From Octopus sinensis (lineage: Eukaryota): a stretch of DNA of 64,000 bases. The stretch spans positions 1,798,001 to 1,862,000 of the forward strand of contig NC_043023.1 in NCBI RefSeq assembly GCF_006345805.1, in the 5' to 3' direction. Positions within the stretch are counted from its first letter, which is position 1. The number at the start of each line of letters is the position of its first letter. Below, piece by piece: positions 38,030 to 51,473 of the stretch. Below the pieces are notes generated by a model that ran no database searches, had not been told where the DNA came from, and worked only from the letters and a program-made list of their open reading frames with translations. A program made the translations under genes and the position numbers.

Positions 38030-38437
38030 AAGGTACAGGTCCTTAGTTAAAATCCCAGGTAAATCCAGGCTGTATTTTGGCAGCATTTTGAATGGTGTGT
38101 TCATATTCTGAGGCCCCCTTCGGTCACAACACTGACCATGGGATTGCGCCTACAAAGTTTCCCTCCTAAGCACAAGTCCAGGTAAGGTTATTTATGGGAG
38201 ATCAGCAGTTGCCCATGGATACCAGCTTCCCCTCTCCATGCCACTGTTGTTATCCAAGGGAAAAGTAAAGGCCGATACAGCTTGGCACCTATGACGTCAC
38301 AACTCATTTCTACAGCTGAGTGAACTGGAACAATGTGAAATAAAGTGTCTTGCTCAAGAACACAACATGGAGCCCAGTCTGGGATTCGAACTCACAACCT
38401 CACAATCGTGAGCTCAACACTCTAACCACTGAGCCAT
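38030..38437 (-). mobile_element. tRNA-derived SINE (family D)
   Basis: Minus-strand head TGGCTCAGTGGTTAGAGTG...GAGTTCGAATCCC followed by GTGTTCTTGAGCAAGACACTT. Confidence 0.75.
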
Positions 38438-38775
38438 GTTCATATTAAAGCGATAGATAGTATGTAATTCTGTATATAGAGCGAAGAAAGTTAGGTAGAC
38501 ATAAATGGGTTTTGTGAGGTGGGTGTATATGGGAGATGGAGGAGATAGAGAGAAAAAGAGAAAGAGAGAGAATGAAGAGAGAAGTGAGAATGGGAGTAGG
38601 CTGAAAATCAAAAATAAAAATAAGATTGGAGTAACAAGTAAAAATAAGAATAAAAATAATTATAAAAGTAAAGGTAATGATAGAGATTTGTCAATTTTAC
38701 ATGGGGAGGGGGGTATGAGGTCAAATGTTAAAGTTTTGGTAAAGTTGGGGAGGAAGGCTAATCTAGGTAAGGTCA

Positions 38776-39007
38776 GGGCAGCGAGCTGGCAGAAACGTTA
38801 GCACACCGGGCAAAATGCTTAATGGTATTTCGTCTGCCACTACGTTGTGAGTTCAAATTCTACCGAGGTTGACTTTGCCTTTCATCCTTTTGGGGTCGAT
38901 AAATTAAGTGCCAGTTACTCATTAGGGTCGATATAATCGACTTAATCCCTTTGTCTGTCCTTGTTTGTCCCTGCTATGTTTAACCCCTTGTGGGCAATAA
39001 AGAAATA
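38776..39007 (+). mobile_element. SINE family B monomer with 17-bp TSD
   Basis: TAATCTAGGTAAGGTCA at 38759-75 and 39008-24. Confidence 0.92.
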
Positions 39008-39889
39008 TAATCTAGGTAAGGTCATAAGGGACAGTAATTTAGGGGTTAGTATATTTCAATATATTAAAGTATATTTCAAGCTTAATAGCAATTAAATCAC
39101 AACAGTTAAAGGATTAAGAATGAAAGTAAAAACTTAAAACTTAAACTTAAAATTACAAGGTGCAGGAGTGGCTTTGTGGTAAGTAGCTTGCTTACCAACC
39201 ACATGGTTCCAGGTTCAGTCCCACTGCGTGGCATCTTGGGCAAGTGTCTTCTGCTATAATAAACTACTATAGCCTCGGGCTGACTAAAACTGACAGAAGC
39301 CCGTCGTATAGATATATGTGTGTGTGTGTATATGTCTGTGTGTCTCTGTTTGTTCCCCCTAGCATTGCTTGACAACTGATGCTGGTGTGTTTACGTCCCC
39401 GTAACTTAGCGGTTCGGCAAAAGAGACCGATAGAATAAGTACTAAGCTTACAAAGAATAAGTCCTGGGGTCAATTTGCTTGACTAAAGGCAGTGCTCCAG
39501 CATGGCCGCAGTCAAATGACTGAAACAAGTAAAAGAGTAAAGAGAGAGTAAGCTAAGAAAACTAAAACCTAAAAAACTACAAAAAACTACAAAAACTAAA
39601 AATTATTGAATTGCAATTAGTTAGCTTCTAAGATAATTATGTTGGTAGAGAGGAAGAGGAAAGAAAAAGGAAAAGAAAAGGTGTACATGTATTTTAACGA
39701 CTGTGGATGGATATATGCACATTATGCTTGTTGATTTTGTTTGTATTTGGACCTGTGGAAGTATTTTACCCATTATGTCCCAGAGTACTTAAATTTCTGA
39801 ATATACTTTCAAACTTTTACATATGATTGAAAATAGGCTAAAATGAAAAAATAATTACATCTCGTTCAGAGATTTATTATTGCTTGCAG

Positions 39890-40073
39890 ACAGTTTTTCG
39901 AAATCAGTGACGGAAGTTACTAGAAAAACACTTAAGTATTTGCAAACAGGTCTCCCTTCATCGAAACTGGTGATTACCGTACGTTGACAAGAGGCAAATA
40001 CCTCGAAACTGCAGTCCGTGCGTATCACTTAGGCTTACGAGAGAGGGATGACTTCCCTTTGCAAATACCATAA
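39890..40073 (+). CDS. Possible host-gene exon, product unknown
   Basis: Non-repetitive-looking, higher-GC island with acceptor-like sites at 39889 and 39949. Open frames are SFSKSVTEVTRKTLKYLQTGLPSSKLVIT (donor-like GTACGT at 39979) or SPFIETGDYRTL...FPLQIP*. Confidence 0.25.
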
Positions 40074-40739
40074 GAGCACAGATAGTGTGCCTAAAGCCAG
40101 CTGGAGACGATGATCTCCTGGGGCTAAAAGCTACAGTAACACCCACCCTTATTGGTTAGCCATATTGAGATGGCTAGTATACTTTACGAAAAAATAATTA
40201 TTAAATTCAAATTACGATGAATGCAAACAAACAAACGAAGTTTGCTTCTAGAGATGTCTTAGAAAGTTAAAGAAGTGACTTTAAATTCTCAAATGCAAGG
40301 CAATGCCAATAATATAGTCTAAACAGGACAAGCTACTCCTATTTTGCAGAAAAAATGTTGGTGGCTGGCCAGAAATAGGACACAGAGACCATGTGATATA
40401 GCTTATTCAATGTCCTCAGTTAGTGTCCTATTTATAGGACAATGGGACTTGATGGGTTAAAGGTGCAATAGGACATATGACTAAATGTAGAGAAAGCTTT
40501 GAGTTGTTTAGTGAGTAATTTTGGTGAATTATGCATTAATATTTCAAGGGCTTCTTTAAGTATAGTCCACATGGATTGTTGCCCTTTGTATAGGACTTCG
40601 GAATTTATTATGGCCCAGGATATCCTATATGGTACCTTTCTATTTATTAGATGGTGCATGTGGTTGGCTAGGGGGTTACATTATATATATAAATATAAGT
40701 TAGACATATACTGGCTGAAACCTATCAAAATTATCAAAG

Positions 40740-40787
<48 letters not shown>

Positions 40788-40795
40788 ATATACAT

Positions 40796-40827
<32 letters not shown>

Positions 40828-40844
40828 AACCTAGAGCTAGAGAT

Positions 40845-42160
40845 AGAGAAGAAGTTCCAGGTATGGAAACAAAGTCTAGAATCAAAGGGCCTTAGAGTTA
40901 CCCCAGCAAAACCCAAAGTCATAATAAGTAGGAAGGCAGACAAATCACAAATCCCCTCAGGTAGATGGCCCAACTCAATCTGTAGAAAAATTGTAAGCAG
41001 AAACTTCTTAAGATGCTCCCAGTGTAAGCTTTAGACACACAAGGTGTAACATCATCAAAGGAAGGTTAAAAGAGAAACTAACTTTTGTATGTGGGAGGTG
41101 CACAGGCATAATAAATGCTGAACACGTGTGGAAAATAGACTCCATCAACTACCAGGGGAACAAGTGAGAGGTAGTAGATAGCTTCTGGTATCCAGGTGAC
41201 CAGGTTAGTGGAGGTGGTTGTTCTGAGAGCATAGCTGTGAGAATAAGATTAGCCTGGGCAAAGTTCAGAGAGCTCTTACCCCTGCTGGCAACAAAGGGCC
41301 TTTCTCTCTGAGAGAAAGACATTGTTTGATGCCTGTGTGCAAACAACTCTGCTGCATGGCAATGAAACATGGGCTGCAACAGCTGAGGACATGTGTGGGC
41401 TTGAAAGAAATCAAGCCAGTATGCTTCGCTAGATGTGCAATGTCAGTGTGCATGTTCGACAGAGTGTAAGCGTCTTGAGAGAAAATTTAGGCATAAGAGG
41501 AATCAGATCTGGTGTGCAAGAGAGATGAGTGCACTGGTATGGCAATGTGAAAAGTAGTTGTGGAAAGAAGAGCCGATCTCTAACTGTGGAGAGAACCTGT
41601 GGTAGAAGTAGATTCGTGGAACATGGGAGGAGGTGGTGAAACATGACCTTCAAACTTTGAACTTCACAAAGGCAATGACTAATCACCGAGACCTTTGGTG
41701 ATGTGATCTGCTTAAGAGGACCCATCAAGCCAAGTGCACTTGTGTTGGTAGCACGTAAAATAATCAACCTTTGAATGTTGGGCTGCATGGAGGCAAAGTG
41801 GTTGAGTTCCTTTGGAGTGTTGGGCATTTCAGGGGGGAGTTGGCTGAGCTCCTTTTGAGTGTTGGGCTTCACAAGGCAATGACCAGACCTTTGGCATTAT
41901 TTCATGCTTGAGAAGAAGACCCATCAAGCTGAGCAAAGTTGCAGTCATGGCAGAGATTGGATTCACACAAATGGCACCCATGCAGGTGGCATGTAAAAAC
42001 ACCCATTACACTCTCAGAGTGGTTGGCGTTAGGAAAGGCCGTAGAAAACCATGCCAAATCAGACTGGATCCTGGTGCAGCCTTCCAGCGTGCCAGCCCAG
42101 TCAAACTCTCCAACCCATGCCAGCATGGACAACGGACGTTAATTGATGATGATGATGATA
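40845..42160 (+). mobile_element. 5'-truncated, decayed RTE copy
   Basis: KFQVWKQSLESKGLRV...RWP homologous to the full-length RT. (TGA)n tail at ~42143-42158. Confidence 0.9.
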
Positions 42161-42575
42161 TATATACATATACATATTAACATACACATATATAGATATA
42201 CATATACACACACATACATACACACATACATACATACATACATACATACATACATACATACATACATGCATATATATACATATATATATACACATTCATA
42301 CATACATACATGCATACATACATGCATATATATACATATATATATATACACACACATACATACATACATACATACATGCATATATATACATATATATATA
42401 CACATACACACATACATACATACATACATACATGCATATATATACATATATATATACACATAATACATACATACATACATACATACATACAAGACTGCCA
42501 GTCATTGTGCATAACATAGTACACATAATATATGAGTGTATATATAAATTTGTGTCCACCTGTGAATAAATACAA

Positions 42576-42606
<31 letters not shown>

Positions 42607-42668
42607 TATACACACACACATATATATACATATATACACATACATACATACATACATACATACATACA

Positions 42669-42700
<32 letters not shown>

Positions 42701-42710
42701 GATATAGAGT
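42160..42710. repeat. (TACA)n/(TA)n compound microsatellite
   Basis: Direct inspection. Confidence 0.95.
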
Positions 42711-43038
42711 CAACTTAATCTAAATTATATCTTTATATACACACACACACAACCACATATATATATATAGGATATATGTATATGTACATATGCATATATA
42801 TCTGTATGTATGTTTATACAGATGCATATACACACAGGCACCTCAAAGTTTGATAGAAAAAATCTTGTTTATTATTTATAATGGACAGAAAGTTAGAAAA
42901 GTAGTTTTGTAACTTTCTAGTCAAAAAATAACTGAAAAGTATATATATATAAATATGAGTGTGTGTTTCTTTATGTAGATATATGTGAATGTATATATAC
43001 ATGTTTATATATATATGTATATATATATGTATATATAG

Positions 43039-43080
<42 letters not shown>

Positions 43081-43317
43081 CATATATATATATATATATA
43101 TAATATTATATAATAATATATATATATATATATATATGTTATACTTATGTGTGTGTGTATGAACATTATGAGGCCTCACTGTGCATTAAATAAAATGTAG
43201 ACATAGTGTTTATGTGCTGCTGATATACCATAGACCCATCATGAAGCTTTGCAGTGTTTAGATTTATAGTAGCATTTTTTAAAATTTTTACTGTATTATC
43301 AAAATGATGTGTGTGTG

Positions 43318-43359
<42 letters not shown>

Positions 43360-43603
43360 ATGTGTGTGTACACTGTTGGTGAATCTGCTTGTATTCATAA
43401 GTATGCTCGTCTGAGTGTGTTACTGTGTTTGTTTTCGGTTTGTGTATGTATTTTCTGTGTGCAGGGGAATACGTGTGTGTACATGTGTGTCCACATTTCT
43501 AATATTTTATTTTCTTTATTTCTCCAAAGATTCAATTTCACAATGCAGACTAAACTTTTCAACAAATGATTATTTGGAATACACACACACACACACACAC
43601 ATG

Positions 43604-43634
<31 letters not shown>

Positions 43635-43657
43635 TTGTCTGTATGTATATATATATG

Positions 43658-43944
43658 TGGAGGCACAGACTTGCGGTTGTAGGATCACGGTTTCGATTCC
43701 TAGACCGAGTGTTGTGAGTGTTTATTGAGCAAAAATACCTATAGCTCCACAAGGACCCGGCAGGGGGTGGTGGCGATCCCTGCTGTACTCTTTCGCCACA
43801 ACTTTCTCTCACTCTTTCTTCTGTAGGCCTGCTTGCTTAGCCAGCGGGGTGGCATCATTTGAAGGCTAAAACAATGCGAAGCACATTGTGACCAGCGATG
43901 TGTAACAACATCTGATAGCCTGTTCGGTCCAGTGATCACATGAT
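43658..43944 (+). mobile_element. SINE family C, partial head
   Basis: Homologous to 57440-57750. Confidence 0.8.
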
Positions 43945-43946
43945 AT

Positions 43947-44120
43947 CTCTTATATAAAATCATTCTGTCTGTCTATGTGTGTGTGTGGCTTCTAGGATCT
44001 CAGGCATCCCCCATCCAACTGCGCTCAAATTTGATATGTAGATACTGACGGTGTCAGGGTGTGTGTAAGTCTTGAAAAATTATAAAAATTGATTCCAGGT
44101 GAGAATGCGATCGATAAAGT
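43947..44120 (+). mobile_element. Probable Helitron 5' fragment
   Basis: A|TCTCTTATATAAAATC...CTGTCTGTCT start resembles the start of the 37513 element. A similar start lies at ~56206. Confidence 0.45.
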
Positions 44121-44308
44121 GAATAAAATCGTTTTTCTTTGGAATAGAAAAAAAATCTATCTTTATTTCTTCTTTTGCTGCTGTCTCAAATTTAGGTTTA
44201 ATAAGCGTTTCTCAAAGGGGAGGCCTATAGGACGGTCAGACAATTTGTTTTGAGAAAATTTGGTTTAAAAGCTTGACGCCTCAGTATCGTCCATATATAC
44301 ATATATAT

Positions 44309-44379
<71 letters not shown>

Positions 44380-44391
44380 TAACATATATAT

Positions 44392-44461
<70 letters not shown>

Positions 44462-44511
44462 CATATATATCTACATACATATATATATATATACTATATA
44501 TATATATACAC

Positions 44512-44594
<83 letters not shown>

Positions 44595-45032
44595 TATACA
44601 TATATATATATAATATATATCATATATTTATTATGTAACTGGCTTCATTCAGTGGTGGTACGACCTGATGCGATGCTGCTGGCCAGTAGACTGATGCCTG
44701 GGGGTCACATCAAGTTAATTCCAGTGGCGGAAGTCTGAACTACAACAGGTTTGTCCCATAGAGAACTCCAGTCACAGAAATTAAGCCAAATCAGACTGGA
44801 GTCTGGTGCAGCTGTCTGGCTTGCCAGATCTGGTCAAACTGTCCAACACATGTCAGCATGGACAATGGACATTAAATGATGATGATGATGATGACAATGA
44901 TAATGATATATGTGTGTGTGTGTATTTATACATATATACATATAGTATATACATATACATGTATATACATACACACACACATATATATATACGGACATGT
45001 ATTATATCTGTCTATCTCTCTATCTATCTATC

Positions 45033-45066
<34 letters not shown>

Positions 45067-45098
45067 TATATATATATATATATATGTACATATATATA

Positions 45099-45130
<32 letters not shown>

Positions 45131-46553
45131 CATATATATATATATTATATATACTTATAAGTATATGCATACACACATATATATCTGTGTATATATGTGT
45201 GTGTGTGAGTGTGTCTATGTGTGTGTCTTCGTGTCTGTGTGTCTCCCCCACAAACCAGAGTAGCTGTGTTTATGTCCTCGTAACTAAGCAGTTCAGTAAA
45301 AGGGAGCAACAGAATAAGTACCAGGCTTAAAAAGAGAAGTGCTGGGGTCAATTCATTTGAGTGAGACTCCTCCAGGTTGTGCTCCAGCATGACCACAGCC
45401 ACGCCGGAAAAATAGTCGAAAGATAAAAAATTAACGATCTGACAAGATCCTGTTACTCTGGAAGTAATTATAACGAGCAGTACTCATTACTCGGATGGAC
45501 AAGTTGACGATGTTACACATTAACAGAAAAGCAAAATATAAAAAAAAATAAAAAATGCACGAAGAACTACAACAAATAAACAATATTAAAAAACAAGAAA
45601 AAAAAAACGGTTTAGAATCATGCAAGAAACTCTACAGATTTCAATAGACTGACATCTGTATGTAGGCAGTTCTTCGAGAAACATTTGTGTAGAACTAAGT
45701 GTTTAAAGAATAGAATTTGGTAAAGGAAATTGCAATAAAAAGCTTCTTTGAGTGATGCCAAATTTAGCAGACATCTGAATAAAGCTTTTGTCGTGATTGA
45801 TGGATATTTTTTAAAAGGATACGAGGGTCATTGAGGTTACAGGGCTTATGTTTTGAAACATATATAGCGTGAGCATTTGTGCATATACATACATATATAC
45901 ATACATACATACATATACATATACATATACATATATATTATATATATATATATAATATATATATATGTATATATATATATGATGATGATGATGATGATGA
46001 TATATATGTATATATGTATATATGTATATAAACGATGATGATGATGATGATGATATATATATGTATATATGTATATATATATATGTATATATATACGTAT
46101 ATATATATATATTTATATGCACTTGTAGATATATGATATTCACCTGTATATGCATGCATAGATGGAGAGACAAGCACAAAGGCTAAGAAAGAGAGAAGGG
46201 GGGCAGTCACACATATTCATATACATACATGCAGACAAGCCCGGAGTCTGTTTTTCTCTTACATTGAAAGCCGCTTGCATGCATAGAATCATGTACACAT
46301 CTCTGCATGCATGTATATTATATGTATGAATGTGTGTGTGTGTGTATATAAACATATATATATATATATATGTACAGACATATATATATGCATACATATG
46401 TGTATATATATATATACTTTTATTTATATATATATATATGTGTGTATGTATGTATATCTATACATACATAAATATGTATGTATATAAATACATTAACATA
46501 TATATAAGTTAGCATATTATAACACTTATATATACATGTATATATATGTGTAA

Positions 46554-46585
<32 letters not shown>

Positions 46586-46929
46586 AAATGTATATATATA
46601 CTTATGTATACACACACATAAAGACAATGCATATGTATATTTAAAGATATTTATATAGATGGATATATATATATATACAGACATGCATGCACACAGACTT
46701 GTAGTCACTCATGCACCCATTGACTGCCACACAAACACATATGCATACATTTCCATACACACACACATATATACACACCTCCCATTTCAGCATATAGGGA
46801 TATAAATACACTCAAAGACCTGCATGCAGAGCAAAATAAACGATGACAACAGCAACAACAACAGCAACAACAATAATAATTCTTCCTTATTTTGATCCGA
46901 AGCCAGCACTTTTGATGTGAGGGATTTAG

Positions 46930-47700
46930 TGAAGTACATCGGCGCTTGTCTTCATCTTTCTTGCTTGCGTCATGTTCTTGCTTGACAGGGCTGGAGTCAT
47001 CCCAGGTGAATGGTCCCGGGAGGCGTCATTAAGTGTAGTGATCGCCGGGCCCAACTGTGCTCTCCATTGCTAGCAGTCCTGTTCCGGCCCCTCTGTATTC
47101 TCCAAGGTGGTATCGAGCCATTTACTATTTTACTCTTTTACTTGTTTCAGTCATTTGACTGCGGCCATGCTGGAGCACCGCCTTTAATCGAGCAACTCGA
47201 CCCCGGGACTTATTCTTTTGTAAGCCCAGTACTTATTCTATCGGTCTCTTTTGCCGAACCGCTAAGTGACGGGGACGCAAACACACCAGCATCGGTTGTC
47301 AAGCAATGCTAGGGGGACAAACACACACACATACACACACACACACACACAACACACACATATATATATATATATATATACATATATACGACAGGCTTCT
47401 TTCAGTTTCCATCTACCAAATCCACTTACAAGGCTTTGGTCAGCCGGAGGCTATAGTAGAAGACACTTGCTCAAGGTACCACGCAGTGGGACTGAACCCG
47501 GAACCATGTGGTTGGTAAGCAAGCTACTTACCACACGGCCACTCCTGCGCCTAGATATCTTCCTGAAACACATCCAGCTATTTAGCCCAGGGCCTGCAAC
47601 GAGGCCCCTCCCAGCCAGCAGCTGTTGTATCGAATGAGATTAAAGCCCCAGTAGGATGAACTTGCTTGACATGGTGGACATGTCTGTACCAGCACTTGTG
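46930..47700 (-). mobile_element. 3' fragment of a second RTE-like LINE family, split by a SINE A (47125-47552)
   Basis: KCWYRHV...GWEGPRCRPWAK*LDVFQEDI and, after the SINE, ...EQDC*QWRAQL resemble the RTE C-terminus. Confidence 0.6.
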
Positions 47701-47709
47701 ACATATATA

Positions 47710-47870
47710 TTTCTTTACTACCCACAAGGGGCTAAACATAGAGGGGACAAACAAGGACAGACAAATGGATTAAGCCGATTACATCGACCCCAGTGTGAAA
47801 CTGGTACTTTATTTATCGACCCCAACAGGATGAAAGGCAAAGTCGACCTCGGCGGAATTTCGACCTTGTG
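47710..47870 (-). mobile_element. SINE family B 3' portion
   Basis: tatttctttactacccacaagggg...gtcgacctcggcggaattt. Confidence 0.85.
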
Positions 47871-48050
47871 ACGTATAGCTATGAGGTGGGGGCTGATGTG
47901 TGCGTGCATGCAGTTTTTGTGCTCTAGTGGTAAATATTCCGTTGACCCTGAAAGTATGAAAGCAAAGTCAACCCCAGGGATATTTGAAACCACAACATAA
48001 AGATTAGGAAGAAATACAGTGAAGCAACTGCCCAGCACAGTAATGATTCT

Positions 48051-48779
48051 TATTTCTTTACTACCCACAGGGCTAATCATAGAGGGGACAAACAAGGATA
48101 GGCAAAGGGATTAAGTTGATTACATCAATCTCAGTGTGTAACTGGTACTTAATTTATCGACCCCGAAAGGATGAAAGGCAAAGTCGACCTCGGCAGAATT
48201 TGAACTCAGAACGTAATGGCAGACGAAATACCTATTTCTTTACTATCCATAAGGGGCTACACACAGAGAGGACAAACAGGGACAGACAAAGGGATTAAGT
48301 CAATTACATCTACCTCAATACGTAACTGGTACTTAATTTATCAACCCCGAAAGGATGAAAGGCAAAGTCGACCTCGGCAGAATTTGAACTCAGAACGTAA
48401 TGGCAGACGAAATACCTATTTCTTTACTATCCATAAGGGGCTAAACACAGAGAGGACAAACAGGGACAGACAAAGGGATTAAGTCAATTACATCTACCTC
48501 AATACGTAACTGGTACTTAATTTATCAACCCCGAAAGGATGAAAGGCAAAGTCGACATCGGCAGAATTTGAACTCAGAACGTAATGGCAGACGAAATACC
48601 TATTTCTTTACTATCCATACGGGGCTACACACAGAGAGGACAAACAGGGACAGACAAAGGGATTAAGTCGATTACATCGACCTCAATGCGTAACTGGTAC
48701 TTAATTTATCGACACCGAAAGGATGAAAGGCAAAGTCAACATCGGCAGAATTTGAACTCAGAACGTAACGGCAGATGAA
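48051..48779 (-). repeat. Head-to-tail array of four ~184-bp headless SINE B units
   Basis: Unit starts at 48051, 48233, 48417 and 48601, with an identical junction GAAATAC|CTATTTC. Confidence 0.93.
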
Positions 48780-49166
48780 GGACTTATTCTTTGTAAGCCC
48801 TGTACTTATTCTATCGGTCGTTTTTGACGCACCGCTAAGTTACATGGACATAAACACACCAGCATCAGTTGTCAAGTGATGTTGGTGGGGGAACAAACAC
48901 AGACATACAAACATATACACACACATACATATATATACATATATATATATATACATGTATACGACGGGCTTCTTTTAGCTTCTGTCTACCAAATCCACTT
49001 ACAGGGCTTTGGTCAGCCTGAGGCTTTAGTAGAAGACACTAGCCCAAGGTGCCATGCAGTGGAACTGAACCCAGAACCATGTGGTTCATAAGCATGCTAC
49101 TTACCACACAGCCACTCCTACGTAATTTACATTTGATGGATATTTGTCCTCATCTTGTTTATTGTT

Positions 49167-49209
49167 AACACATTTCGGCTGATATAACCTCCAGCCTTCA
49201 TCAGGTGTC
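49167..49209 (-). ncRNA. Minimal hammerhead motif with deletion at the cleavage triplet
   Basis: GACAC-CTGATGA-A-GGCTG-(10 nt)-CAGCC-GAAA-T-GTGTT. Confidence 0.6.
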
Positions 49210-49270
49210 TTGGGGAAATTTCGAACTTGGGTTCTCATTCCTAAGGTATTTTTTGATGTTGTTGTTGTTG

Positions 49271-49303
<33 letters not shown>

Positions 49304-49304
<1 letters not shown>

Positions 49305-49377
49305 GGTCACTGCCTTGAATCAAACTCGGAATCTTGGGGTTAGTAGTCCATGCTCTTAACCACTATGCCATATACCC
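49304..49377 (-). mobile_element. tRNA-like Pol III head (SINE head or tRNA pseudogene)
   Basis: A box TGGCATAGTGG and B-box-like GAGTTTGATTC, followed by (AAT)n. The acceptor stem does not pair. Confidence 0.65.
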
Positions 49378-49514
49378 ATGTTAAATATAAATAATCTATA
49401 TATATTGATTGTCCATAAATATAAATCCCAAAAAGAGGCACTCTCTAAGTTATAGAGCAGTATATATTAAAGTTAGATAAGGCTGGTTTATGGGATTACT
49501 CCGGGTTTTATGTT

Positions 49515-49667
49515 CATAAAGGGCTTGGCTTTATGGTGTATCATCAGATCCTGAATCCTGTTGGTTAAGGGCCTCTATGGGGTATCATCAGATCTCTCTC
49601 ACTAAAGAGGCCTTTATCCAACAGGTTTTGGGATCTGCTGAAACACCACAGAGCCAAGTCCTTTATG
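49515..49667 (+). other. 62-bp imperfect hairpin with 29-nt loop
   Basis: 49515-49576 pairs with 49606-49667 without indels, giving 52 Watson-Crick and 5 G.U pairs. Confidence 0.85.
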
Positions 49668-51473
49668 GATGCGAAGCCTAAAGTAAATCCACAAACAAGA
49701 TTTTATATATATGTATATATATATATATAGTATATATATATATTATGTAATATTATATGTATATATAGATATGGTATATATATATATGATTATATATATA
49801 TGTATGTTATATATTATATATTAGGTATATATATATATATAGATATAATATAATATACATATATATATATATAATATATTATAAATATATATATATATAT
49901 GTATAGATATATATGATGTATATAGATTATAGTATAAGATATAATATATATATATATATATCTATATATATATATATAGAAGTATATATATATATATATA
50001 TATAATAGTATATATAGATATATATATATGTATATATATAGTATTGTAATATGTATATAATTATATAATATGTATATATATATATTGTTATATATATATA
50101 TATGTATATATATATTATATATTATTATATGTATATATATATATATGTATATATATATATGTATTATATATATATATGTATATATATATATAAATTAATA
50201 AATAAATAAAACATATAATGAAAACCTATGCATATACATACATGTTGTACGTACATACCTCTACGTGTATATATACATGCATTATGGGTACGGGCACCAA
50301 AAAAAACGTCCAACACAATGAAAACGAAAACATAAACACAAACCAAGGGAAATGGACATTTCTTAAACAACGAAAAAATAGAGTAGAGGACATACAAAAC
50401 AGGAAAATTCCCCTTCTTCAGTCGCCTTTGTTTCATCTACTCCGCGTTTTGAAGGTCAAGGCGAGACACAACTTTAATGAAACATTCCTTCCCGCAAAAA
50501 GCAAATTAAATAAAATTTGAGATCTTTTTGCAGAGGGGTAAAAATGGTAACAAAACCAGGACAGTAAAAACAATACAAAATATAAACAGTAAAAGACAGG
50601 ACAAGGAGAATAACAGTAACACAAACAAGAAGGGCTGTTAAACCGAATGAGATAAAATATTACGGACACTATTTTTGAGAACGGCGAAGGAGCCATATAT
50701 ATATAAGGTGAGATGGCAGAATTGTTAGCATGTCGGATGAAATGCTTAGCGGTATTTCATCTGTCTTCGCGTTCTGAGTTCAAATTCTGCCAAGGTCGAC
50801 TTAGCCTTTCATCCTTTCGGTACTGGAGGTCAATCTAATCAACTGGGTCCCTACCCACAAATTTCAGGCCTTGTACCTAAAGTAGAAAGAATTTATGTAT
50901 ATAGGCATAGGTGTGTTTGTGTGGTAAGAAGTTTGCTCCCCACCTACGTTGTTCCTGGACTCAATCTCAGTATGTGGTACCTTGAATAGGTGTACCATAG
51001 CTTCGTGGTTTGGCAAAAGAGACCAACAAAATGAGACCCAGGCTTCAAAAAAAGTAAAAAGTCCTGGGGTCAATTCATTCGATTTAAAATTCTTCAAGGT
51101 GGTGCCCCAGCATGGCCACAATCTAATGACTGAAACAAGTAAAAGATAAAAGATACATCCATACCAACATGGGGGTTTGTGGGTGCTGATGCCATGCAAG
51201 ATGCCCCCTGTGCTGGTGCTATATAAAAGTGCCTGAGCTGGAGCTGTGTAAAAGCATTCAGTACGCTCTGTAAAGTGGTTGGCGTTAAGAAGGGCATCCA
51301 CCTGTAGAAACCAAGCCAAAACAAACAATTAGAACCTGGCCAGTTCTTCAGCCTGCCAGTTTCTGTCAAACCATCCAAGACATGCCAGAATGGAAAACGG
51401 ACATTAAATGATGATGATAATGATGATAATGAGGATGAAAATAAGAATGTATATATGTATATATATATATATA

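Noticed and set aside
45400-45725. CpG-containing unique stretch resembling a first exon
   Set aside because: There is no convincing ORF or paired splice signal.
49304-49377. Functional tRNA gene
   Set aside because: The acceptor and T stems do not pair, so it is treated as a SINE head or pseudogene.
49538-49592. Two minus-strand CTGATGA motifs in the long hairpin
   Set aside because: There is no downstream helix II or GAAA.
50405-50460. Possible type II hammerhead (AAAAC...CTGAAGA)
   Set aside because: GAAA is mutated and helix I does not form.
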